Below are positions 1 through 8,529 of a DNA stretch of 64,000 nucleotides, piece after piece. The notes beneath the pieces are model-generated. The model was given only the letters and a program-made list of their open reading frames with translations, was not told where the DNA came from and did not search any database. Numbering within the stretch: the stretch's first letter is position 1; each line of letters starts with the position of its first letter. A program made the translations under genes and the position numbers. The stretch comes from an uncultured archaeon (lineage in GTDB: Archaea; Asgardarchaeota; Lokiarchaeia; Sigyniarchaeales; SOKP01), in NCBI GenBank assembly GCA_964486045.1, contig CAZALK010000002.1, positions 128,001 through 192,000 of the forward strand, in the 5' to 3' direction.

Positions 1-125
1 TAGAAATAACTTATAAGGTTTTTTAATCCTTTTTATAACTAAATAATAGCCATAATTGTAAAAGGAAAAATAAAGCAATAAATTCATTTTAATTGAAGAA
101 GATTATTAGACATAAGGCTTTTTCT

Positions 126-965
126 TCATTGAGATCCAAGAATTTTGCGGATTTTATCTAATCGTATGTCCCTCGACAGTCTATTCGTTATAGGGTTATG
201 ATCTCCATATAATTCCTTATGATAAACAGGGCTCTGAGTCTGATAAAAAACACCCAAAGTAAACTTATGTTTAGTTTTGGCAGTTTTTATTGCTTCGAGA
301 TGAGATTCTGGTTCTTTATCTAAATATTCAATTTGCTTACTATATTCTCCCCATTTACGGTAAGAAATCGCGGGTTGCAATACTTCTATAAATGAGAATC
401 CGTCGTGAACAGTTGCTAGCACGATCATATCTGTAAGATGTTTTATATCTCCTGAAAAACTCCTGGCAACAAATGAAGCTCCAGCTTCAATCATCAATGA
501 AATTGCATGAAACGGTTGTTCAAAACTTCCTTTTGGTGTAGAAGGCCCTTTCCAACCTTTTTCTGTTAAAGGGGAGAATTGTCCTGTTGTAAGGGCATAT
601 ACACTATTATTATGCAAAATATAAGTCATATCTTGATTTCTTTTTGCCGCGAACATAGTATGTGCTAAACCTTCACCTAATCCATTTCCATCACCAGAAA
701 AATTAATTACTTTTAAATCTGGATTTGCAATTTTGATACCTTCAGAGTTTGAACTGTTTCTTCCGTGTAATCCATAAATACCACTAAGATTTAAATAATC
801 AAAAATTTTCGCATGACACCCAATACCCGCGGTAATTACAATATTTTCTCTTCTAATCCCATTCTCCTCTAAAAGTGGAATCGCATCTCTTATCGCAGTA
901 AAAATTCCGAAATTACCACACCCGGGACACCATGTATTCTCAGCATATGTTTTTATATCTTCCAT
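126..965 (-). CDS. korB: 2-oxoacid:ferredoxin oxidoreductase beta subunit (TPP-binding)
   Basis: WCPGCGNF, GIGC, HGR, GDG...NN TPP motif, EVLQP; directly downstream of the alpha subunit. Confidence 0.92.
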   Translation of the reverse strand: MEDIKTYAENTWCPGCGNFGIFTAIRDAIPLLEENGIRRENIVITAGIGCHAKIFDYLNLSGIYGLHGRNSSNSEGIKIANPDLKVINFSGDGNGLGEGLAHTMFAAKRNQDMTYILHNNSVYALTTGQFSPLTEKGWKGPSTPKGSFEQPFHAISLMIEAGASFVARSFSGDIKHLTDMIVLATVHDGFSFIEVLQPAISYRKWGEYSKQIEYLDKEPESHLEAIKTAKTKHKFTLGVFYQTQSPVYHKELYGDHNPITNRLSRDIRLDKIRKILGSQ

Positions 966-969
966 TTCT

Positions 970-2628
970 TCATAGCACCTCCTTAATTTTTATTGATAAA
1001 TCAATTGGATCAAACGGTCGACCATCATATCTTTTAATCGTACTTTTTATGTTTAATCCTGCTTTTTCATGTAGAAGAGCTGTAAATTGTCCTGTAGAAC
1101 TTTGTTCAACTACAATATTATCTTGATTCTTAAATTCCTCTAATTCCCATACAGGTAATGGGTTTAAATATATTGGCTGAATAATTGTGGAATTTATCTT
1201 CCCATAATTAAGAGCTTCTATTACGCTCATGTGTGTAGACCCGTAAGCAAAGATGTTAGTAGGATTCTCTCCTCGAATAATATTTACAGTTTTTTTCTTT
1301 TTTAAATATTCTATAAGAGCACTTACTTTCTTATTTCTTTTATCATGCATAAATGATATCGTTTCTGCATTTTCTGTAGTAATCCCAAATTGGTCATGTT
1401 CATAGCTATTCCATTTAATTGTTTCTTTTGATGGTGGAAAAAGCATTGGAGATATTCCATCATCCATGTCAAGGTATCGCTTATAATCGCTCCCACTGTA
1501 CATTTTTGGCTCTGCCCATTTTGCTCTATCTATGTCAATATTAACTGTCATGCTGCTCTCTGAAAGATGTTTATCAGTAAGCAATATTCCAGGTGTTTGA
1601 AATTTCCACACAAGATCTAGCATCTCGGATGCTAAATAATATGCTTCATCAACTGTTGCAGGAGACGCCACAATCCTTAAAAAATCACCATGACCCGCAG
1701 AAAGTGCAAAAGATAAATCTGCTTGTTCAGTATATGTAGGAACACCTGTTGCTGGACCAGGTCTTTGAGACAGTATAACGAGAATCGGTGTTTCGGTAAT
1801 TCCTGCTAATGAAAAACCTTCAGTCATTAGAGCAAAGCCTCCTCCACTAGTACCAACCATTGATTTAGCACCGGTGAAAGCTGAGCCAATTGCCATATTA
1901 ATTACTGCAATTTCACTTTCAGCATGGACTACGGCTAGACCAAAATTTTCTGCTTGCTTTGCTAAAAAATGTAAGATTGTCGATGCAGGTGTCATTGGAT
2001 AGGCATAATATACATCTAAGCCACCAGCAATAGCGCCTAGACAGATTGATTGGTTTCCGGAAATAATTTTTCGTTCTTTATATCCTTTCTCTAAGGGAAA
2101 TTTATTTTTACATCCAGATTTTACCATTTCATATATATTGTTTGCGAAAGAAATGTTATCCTCAATCCCTCTTGGATATTGAGTTCTAATAACTTGGTTC
2201 ATTTCGTCTTTTTTAAATCCTATTGTCGAAGATAAAATTGCCACAGCACCAACCCCATACATTAAACTTTTCATTGGGTATTTTTCTGCTTCTGATGTGA
2301 GTGGAATCCCAATACCCTCAACGTTTTCTTGTTCATCCGAATTAAAAACGATTATACTATTTTCAGCTACATCATTCATATGAGTCTCACAGCTTCTTTT
2401 ATCAAAATTAACAACTAAGTCAGCATTCATATAATGACTACTAATCCATCGAGGTGAAGTACTTACCACTGAAAAGTTATGACCGCCTCTTATTAAGCTC
2501 ATATAATCGTCCATCTGAAATATGTGTCTTCCCATACTTGAGAAAATATGTGCTGCAACAGAACCTGCTTTTTTTACACCCTCGCCGGCTTTACCACCAA
2601 CCAGAAAGGTAAAGACATCATTCCCCAT
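970..2628 (-). CDS. korA: 2-oxoacid:ferredoxin oxidoreductase alpha subunit (gamma-alpha fusion)
   Basis: GGKAGEG, IRGGHN, YPMTP, ESEIA, TSGGGF, RPGPATGVPT motifs; GGAG SD upstream. Confidence 0.93.
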   Translation of the reverse strand: MGNDVFTFLVGGKAGEGVKKAGSVAAHIFSSMGRHIFQMDDYMSLIRGGHNFSVVSTSPRWISSHYMNADLVVNFDKRSCETHMNDVAENSIIVFNSDEQENVEGIGIPLTSEAEKYPMKSLMYGVGAVAILSSTIGFKKDEMNQVIRTQYPRGIEDNISFANNIYEMVKSGCKNKFPLEKGYKERKIISGNQSICLGAIAGGLDVYYAYPMTPASTILHFLAKQAENFGLAVVHAESEIAVINMAIGSAFTGAKSMVGTSGGGFALMTEGFSLAGITETPILVILSQRPGPATGVPTYTEQADLSFALSAGHGDFLRIVASPATVDEAYYLASEMLDLVWKFQTPGILLTDKHLSESSMTVNIDIDRAKWAEPKMYSGSDYKRYLDMDDGISPMLFPPSKETIKWNSYEHDQFGITTENAETISFMHDKRNKKVSALIEYLKKKKTVNIIRGENPTNIFAYGSTHMSVIEALNYGKINSTIIQPIYLNPLPVWELEEFKNQDNIVVEQSSTGQFTALLHEKAGLNIKSTIKRYDGRPFDPIDLSIKIKEVL

Positions 2629-2781
2629 TTATTAACTCCTCATATTTGTATTGTTTTATATATTTCCAGTAAAAGTGTGTTGATTAGTATTTAAAAATAT
2701 GCCTTATAAGTTCTAAAGACATTTAAATATGAATGAAAAGGTAGAAGTAAAATAAAATTGATAATTTTCGTTAAAAATGCC

Positions 2782-3936
2782 TTAAAAGAAAACAAATCCA
2801 CATGAGGGGCATTTTTTTTTGCCAACTTTCATTATCTTACTACAATTAGGACAAATGGATACAGTTACCTTTCTCTTCTTCTTTTTTATTGGTTCCTCAA
2901 CTTTAGGTTGCTCCTTTTTCGCTTGAAGCATAGCTCTTACATCTGCCGCGAAAAGATCTTCTGTCTGTACAACCTGAGGTTTAGTTTTTGCTTCTAATTC
3001 GTGTAAATATTCTACAATATTCTTCTTTTTCATTTTATTGAGTTCAGAAATAGTTTGAATCTTTCCACTATGAACATCATCGATAAATTGCTCATCTAAT
3101 TTTAATATATTAAAGCAATTGTGACATCTAAAAACATGATTAATACCAATGCTAGAAGATTTGGCCCATTGAGCCCAACATACTTTATGTGCTATAGTGT
3201 CACACGCAGGACATGTCACAATACCTTGATCATCTTTTTGAAAACAAATCGAACATGTTGCTGTTTCTTCTATTAGATTTGGTTCATCAGCTAAATTGAT
3301 AAAGAAAGGTTGGTTATTTGGGAGAATCATTCTTATTTTCTGTTTAACAAAGGTGGGTTCTGAAATTCGTTTTTTTTCAGATAACCCTGTTAAGATTGGA
3401 TTTAACTCCTTTATGGATTTTACTCCAAACAATTCTCCATTACATAAGTTAGTTAATTTTAAAAGTTTCTGAGCTTGGTCAGAATATGGAGAACCGATAA
3501 GGATAGTATCGATAAAAAAGGGTATATCCTTAACTTTCTTGATGAGCTCTTCTAGAGCAGGAAGGATCTCATCTGGTATCTCATAGGCCCCATCATCAAC
3601 CAATATTAAAAGGCGGAAGTATTTTTCCGATATTTTTTTGAAAACCTCAATTATAAATGTTATTGCAATGAAAATTCCACCAGCAATATTAGCTTTACTG
3701 ATGTCTTTATTCAAAGATTTTAATGTACTTAAAATATTATCAGGGTCAAAGGTGAAATGATCTAAATAATTTGGACCATCTTTTAAAAAAAATATGAGGT
3801 TAAATCTGTCAGAAGGATCAGTTAACTGTTTATTTTTCATAAAATCAGCAATAACATTCGAGACTTGACGAAATTTTGTAATTTCGGGAGTAAAAGCATA
3901 AAAAATTAGACAATCTTCACTTCTTGTTGATATCAT
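2782..3936 (-). CDS. vWA-like domain + C4HC3 RING-like finger + C-terminal zinc ribbon protein
   Basis: DRFNLIFF / RLLILVDDG / IDTILIG vWA-type strands; CSIC-CPAC-x4-H-x2-C-CHNC; C-terminal CPNC...CPSCG. Confidence 0.7.
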   Translation of the reverse strand: MISTRSEDCLIFYAFTPEITKFRQVSNVIADFMKNKQLTDPSDRFNLIFFLKDGPNYLDHFTFDPDNILSTLKSLNKDISKANIAGGIFIAITFIIEVFKKISEKYFRLLILVDDGAYEIPDEILPALEELIKKVKDIPFFIDTILIGSPYSDQAQKLLKLTNLCNGELFGVKSIKELNPILTGLSEKKRISEPTFVKQKIRMILPNNQPFFINLADEPNLIEETATCSICFQKDDQGIVTCPACDTIAHKVCWAQWAKSSSIGINHVFRCHNCFNILKLDEQFIDDVHSGKIQTISELNKMKKKNIVEYLHELEAKTKPQVVQTEDLFAADVRAMLQAKKEQPKVEEPIKKKKRKVTVSICPNCSKIMKVGKKKCPSCGFVFF

Positions 3937-4215
3937 GTTTTAGCTGATAATAAAAATGATCTCAAATATCAATTTATTTAATATACAATTCGAGTCGAAA
4001 TTAATAAGTTTAAGGAAAATCTAATTTTTGATTTTATTTTATTCTATTTGAACCCAAGAACTTTTTAAATTAATTTAACAAATTTTTTATAAAAATATAC
4101 TTTCCCAGAATTAAGTTACTTTTAAAATTCAATAAATAGAAGGATTTCAATTAATAATTAAGAGCTAAAAGTAGTTTACGTTTTTGTAATACTTCCAAAA
4201 TATCTCTAATTAAAA

Positions 4216-4485
4216 ATGAGGGAAATTATGCAAGTTTATGGGCTTAAAATCAACCGTAACATTTGTACTGGTTGCAATGTATGTGTAGTTTCTTGTCCGA
4301 TCAACTTTAACCAATTGAAGACTAAAAGCTTCTTAACTAAAGAAAATGCGGTAATTTTAGTTAAAAATGGGATGGCGTTTAGTGTTTTCGATGAAAATAG
4401 GCAAATCAATTGCGATGGTTGTGGAGTTTGTATAAAAAATTGCCCTCAATCTGCAATACAACTAGAAATATTAGAAATAGAATGA
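4216..4485 (+). CDS. fwdG: 2x[4Fe-4S] ferredoxin, formylmethanofuran dehydrogenase subunit G-like
   Basis: CTGCNVCVVSCP and CDGCGVCIKNCP; first gene of the fwd cluster. Confidence 0.75.
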   Translation: MREIMQVYGLKINRNICTGCNVCVVSCPINFNQLKTKSFLTKENAVILVKNGMAFSVFDENRQINCDGCGVCIKNCPQSAIQLEILEIE

Positions 4486-4495
4486 GGTGTGATAA

Positions 4496-5224
4496 ATTTC
4501 ATTTCCCAAAATTTCAAGATCAATTAATAAAGAAATAGAACATGTTAAAGTTCAATTTCTCACTGAAAAGTTAGAATTAATTTTAGATAGAGTTAAATGT
4601 GTAGGATGTGGGACTTGTGCTCGAGCCTGTCCCGAGGATGCTATTTCTCGGGGACCAGTAGGAACATCCCGGCGATTTCCAAGTTTAGAAGACATTATTC
4701 CGGAAGTTTATGACCCAAAAGCTTGCGTCTTCTGCGGGACATGTGTTTTTTGCTGCCCTTTTAGCGCTTTAACCCTCAAAATAGATGGTCCGGTAATTGA
4801 ATTAGAAAAAATTCAAATTGTAAAGGAAAGAGTTGTTCCTAAATTAGAGTTTGAAGCTAAAAAGATTATTAGCCATACAGGAATTGAGAGAGTTGTTAAA
4901 CAATATACAGATGGTAATATAAGTATTAATGATGAAGAATGCCCCGGAGGATGTCAGACTTGTTTCGAGGTATGCCCATCTGGTGCAATATCAATACCCA
5001 AAAAGTCTGACAAAGGATGGGAAAAAGTTCCGAATGTAGAAGTAGATAAAGAAAAATGTGTTTTTTGCGGTGCTTGTGATAATGGCTGTCCTACGGGAGC
5101 AATAAAATTAGAAATTACTGATGTCAATACTTCAGGAGAATCAATTGAGATGTTTTGGGTACCTCTTTTAAAAAGATTAAAAACATTAAGATGGAGTGAA
5201 ACATCAGAAGAGGAAAAAAAATGA
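4496..5224 (+). CDS. fwdF: Polyferredoxin (4 clusters), FwdF-like; probable ATT start; absent from ORF track
   Basis: Open frame from ATT 4496 (in-frame TAA directly before, GAGGTG at 4484-4489) to TGA 5222-5224 overlapping the fwdD ATG; CVGCGTCARACP, CVFCGTCVFCCP, CPGGCQTCFEVCP, CVFCGACDNGCP. Confidence 0.85.
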   Translation: MSFPKISRSINKEIEHVKVQFLTEKLELILDRVKCVGCGTCARACPEDAISRGPVGTSRRFPSLEDIIPEVYDPKACVFCGTCVFCCPFSALTLKIDGPVIELEKIQIVKERVVPKLEFEAKKIISHTGIERVVKQYTDGNISINDEECPGGCQTCFEVCPSGAISIPKKSDKGWEKVPNVEVDKEKCVFCGACDNGCPTGAIKLEITDVNTSGESIEMFWVPLLKRLKTLRWSETSEEEKK

Positions 5225-5616
5225 GCATCGATAATTTGGTTTTAATTACATGTCGTACTATTGATCAAGGCGTGGCACTTGAAGGAGGAAAGGTATCAAG
5301 AGAAAATGTTCGTGCTGCTGGGATCTGTGCTTTTGATAAAGAGGATTTCAAGAAATTGGATTGCCTCGTAGGGACTCCCGTAAAAGTTACAACCGATTTT
5401 GGGGAAGTTTTGGTTTATTCTACAATCTCAGATGAAGGACCTCATCCTGGTATTATTTTCATACCTATGGGACCTTGGGCTAATCAAGTTGTAAATCCTG
5501 ATTCACAATCTTGTGGAACTCCTACCTACAAAGGGATGAAGGCATCTGTAGAACCAATTCCAAATGGTAAAGTTCTAGGAGCGGTAGCTTTAATTAATAC
5601 ACTAAAAGAGGTGTAA
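5221..5616 (+). CDS. fwdD: Formylmethanofuran dehydrogenase subunit D
   Basis: LITCRTIDQG, FIPMGPWAN, GTPTYKG motifs. Confidence 0.92.
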   Translation: MSIDNLVLITCRTIDQGVALEGGKVSRENVRAAGICAFDKEDFKKLDCLVGTPVKVTTDFGEVLVYSTISDEGPHPGIIFIPMGPWANQVVNPDSQSCGTPTYKGMKASVEPIPNGKVLGAVALINTLKEV

Positions 5617-5618
5617 TT

Positions 5619-5672
5619 ATGGTAGAAAAAATCAAAACTACTTTAGATGTAGTTTGTCCCAAGTATAAATAA
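5619..5672 (+). pseudogene. fwdB: Truncated duplicate of the fwdB 5' end (MVEKIKTTLDVVCPKYK*)
   Basis: 12 of the first 14 residues are identical to the fwdB start at 7172 (MVEKIKTSTDVVCP); GAGGTG SD at 5608-5613; similarity ends at GTTTGTCC. Confidence 0.85.
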
Positions 5673-5673
5673 G

Positions 5674-6984
5674 TTGAAAGATTTTAAGGTTAATGATTAT
5701 ATCACGCTGAGTTTAGAGGAAGGAAAAACCGTTATATACATCGCTGGAGAAAAATTTCAGCAATGTAAATTTTTGTTAATAACCATTCCTATCGAAAATG
5801 TTACCAATTTTGCTGATATTGAATCGGTGGATGAAGCGGCTGAAAGATTAGATTATTCCTTAGAATATAACCAAACTTATTATGAAATTCCTCCAGAAAC
5901 AGAATTTTGGGGACATTGTAGTAATTTGCAAGTGTGGGTAGAGAATGACTATGACACTCGGATCCTAAAAAGCGACTTGGCATTTCCCATTTTAAAAAGG
6001 TTAGTAGATGCTGGTAATCTAAAAGCTGAAAGAGTCTTCAAAGATGAAATAGCCAAGAGATTATCCAGTGGTTATCAAAACGTAATTGAATTTCTTTTCG
6101 AGGAAGAATATATCAAATATCTAGGTAATAAGGAGTTATGGAAAGTTATCATTCCTTCCCTGGAGAAATTAAGAAAAAAAAACTATCAAGTTCGTTGGTG
6201 GGTTTATAATACCGAATTACCCTTGTTGTTGTTGAGAAGACTTGTTGATATTGGTGATCCTCAAGCGTATCACTTATTAAAAGAAGTAATTATTGAAATT
6301 CTTCAAACAGGCAATGGTATGAATATCGGAATGTTATACGATGGTGAATATATAAATCTATTATCGAGAGAGGAATTCTGGAGGGTGTTCGGTAAAGATG
6401 GAGCAATTTTAAAAGAATTCGAAATTCAAATAAGACAATATAAAATAATAACAATTAAAAATTCAAATGGGATTGCTCTCATGAAAAAAAGGAAAAAAAC
6501 AAATGAGGAATCCTCTTATTTCAATTTAAGTAATGGGATATACATTAATCAGAGTCATATGGTTTTTACATACGAAAATGGTCATATTACAGGAATCGGA
6601 GTTTGGAGCGATGATAAAGATATATTTGAGGTTTCTCTATTGCCGAGTGAAGTGGTCCACTTAACACATCTAAAAGAATTAACTTTAAGTAATGTTAACC
6701 TTAAAAGAGTACCTTTAGATATAGATAACCTAAAATCCTTAAAATCTCTTTCTTTATCACATAACCTAATTTCTGCAGTACCAAAAAAAATTTGCAGATT
6801 AGAACTACTAAAATATTTAGGAATAGGTTGGAATAAAATAACTTCATTGCCAAAATGCCTTAAAAATTTATCTCTTTTACAAGAAATCCATATATTCCAT
6901 AATCCCTTAAATAAAAGAACGAGAGATTTTTTGAAAGGATTAGAAAGAGATAAAGAAGTAATATTACACTTAGACTCTCCCTAA
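5674..6984 (+). CDS. Leucine-rich-repeat protein with Lokiarchaeia-type N-terminal domain
   Basis: FKVNDYITL..KTVIYI..FQQCKFLL and EFWGHCSNLQVW N-terminal motifs; C-terminal LxxLxLxxN repeats; TTG start 1 nt after the stub's stop. Confidence 0.85.
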   Translation: MKDFKVNDYITLSLEEGKTVIYIAGEKFQQCKFLLITIPIENVTNFADIESVDEAAERLDYSLEYNQTYYEIPPETEFWGHCSNLQVWVENDYDTRILKSDLAFPILKRLVDAGNLKAERVFKDEIAKRLSSGYQNVIEFLFEEEYIKYLGNKELWKVIIPSLEKLRKKNYQVRWWVYNTELPLLLLRRLVDIGDPQAYHLLKEVIIEILQTGNGMNIGMLYDGEYINLLSREEFWRVFGKDGAILKEFEIQIRQYKIITIKNSNGIALMKKRKKTNEESSYFNLSNGIYINQSHMVFTYENGHITGIGVWSDDKDIFEVSLLPSEVVHLTHLKELTLSNVNLKRVPLDIDNLKSLKSLSLSHNLISAVPKKICRLELLKYLGIGWNKITSLPKCLKNLSLLQEIHIFHNPLNKRTRDFLKGLERDKEVILHLDSP

Positions 6985-7171
6985 TCAATGCTTAATTATC
7001 TAAAAGTTTTGTTTAGATAGGAGATATTATTGTTTTAGTATTGTTGCATTGTTCTTTTCATAAGAATTTTTTATAGGTTATACCTTTCAACGTTAAAGTT
7101 ATAAAAAGCAAGCGTTAAATTTTTACATAGTAACTAATTTAAATATTTAAAAAAACTAATAATAAAGAATC

Positions 7172-8526
7172 ATGGTTGAGAAGATTAAAACTAGCACCGA
7201 CGTGGTTTGTCCATTTTGCGGAAATAAACCGTAAATCGCTGTTTTACCGTAGCTTTATGTGACGACCTAGAAGTAGATATAGATATAAAAGAACAAAAGG
7301 TAGTAGAAGTTAGAAATGGGTGTCAGATCGGGTCAAAAAAATACTTTGCTTCAAATCCAAGCGAACATAGATACGAAAGACCTTTAATTAAAGATCACGG
7401 GTCTTATAAAGAAGTTTCATGGGAAGTAGCATTAGATAAGGCTGCTGATATTTTAGTAAAGGCTAAAAGACCCCTACTTTATGGTTTTTCAAGTACAGAG
7501 TGTGAAGCTCAAGGTAAAGGGGTAGAATTGGCGGAGATTTTAGGCTCTATTCTGGATAATACTGCTTCTGTTTGTCATGGACCATCACTAATAGCAATTC
7601 AAGAGGTTGGTTCTCCAACCTCAACTTTAGGTGAATATAAAAATCGGGCGGATCTTGTTGTTTTTTGGGGTTCTAATCCTGTTCACGCCCATCCCCGACA
7701 TCTAGGAAGATATAGTGAGTTCGTAAGAGGATATTTCAGAAAAGATGGGAGAAATGATAGATTTATAATCGTAGTTGATCCTAGAAATACCCATACTGCC
7801 CAGATAGCAGATCTATATGTTCAAGTAAACCCTAGTGAAGATTATGAATTAATCAATGCGATGCGGGCAATACTTAGAGGTGTTGAATTAGATGCAAAAG
7901 AGATTTCTGGAGTGTCAATGGAAAACATAATAGAGTTAGTAAATAAATTGAAATCCTGCAATTTTGGAGTTATATTTTTCGGAATGGGATTAACTCAATC
8001 GCTTTCTCACCACCGAAATGTTGATACAGCGATTTGTTTAGTAAGAGAATTAAATGACTATACTAAATTTTCATTAACAGCTATGCGTGGACATTATAAT
8101 GTTGCTGGAGCGAACCAAGTTTTCACATGGCAAACGGGATATCCGTATTCTATAGACTTTTCTAAAGGATATCCACGGTTTAACCCAGGAGAATTTTCTT
8201 CTGTTGATATATTGCTAAGAAACGAAATCGATGCTTTACTAATAGTTGCTTCTGATCCTGCTAGTAATTTTCCCGCTGCTGCCGTCAAAAATATGTTTAA
8301 ACATCCTTTTATTTCTATTGAACCACATCATACTCCAACTTCCGTAAATGCTGATGTAGTATTACCACCTGCTATTGCAGGAATTGAGTGTGAAGGTACA
8401 GCGTATCGTATGGACAGTGTTCCTCTCAGATTAAGAAAAGTGAAAGATGCTCCTGGGGAATGCTTAACCGATAAAGATATATTAGAGCGATTAATAGAGG
8501 TTGTAAAAAAAAAAAAAGGTGACTAG
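7172..8526 (+). CDS. fwdB: Formylmethanofuran dehydrogenase subunit B, interrupted by a 29-nt insertion; join(7172..7223,7253..8526) gives 441 aa
   Basis: Exon 1 MVEKIKTSTDVVCPFCG; exon 2 frame (xLCDD..NGC..RPLLYG..ECEAQ..DNTASVCHGPS..NRADL..HAHPRH..MRGHYNV..EGTAYRMD) is open from 7228 to 8526; the ORF track start at 7528 is internal. Confidence 0.93.
7224..7252 (+). other. Candidate bulge-helix-bulge (tRNA-endonuclease-type) mRNA intron, 29 nt
   Basis: GCGG(7218-21) pairs CCGU(7247-50); 3-nt bulges AAA(7222-24) and AGC(7251-53); inner stem UAAA/UUUA; removal restores TGC GGA ACT TTA TGT GAC GAC = CGTLCDD. Confidence 0.72.
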
Positions 8527-8529
8527 ATT

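Noticed and set aside
7220-7254. Programmed frameshift or ribosomal hop as the explanation for the fwdB break
   Set aside because: A -1 shift would insert about 10 residues inside the CxxC-x3-C cluster motif and there is no proper slippery heptamer. The matched CCG codons (7229, 7247) are in the same frame and both followed by stops, so hopping does not restore the frame.
7570-7580. Selenocysteine in FwdB or elsewhere
   Set aside because: The FwdB metal ligand is TGT (VCHG); no in-frame TGA at a Cys position and no convincing SECIS was seen.
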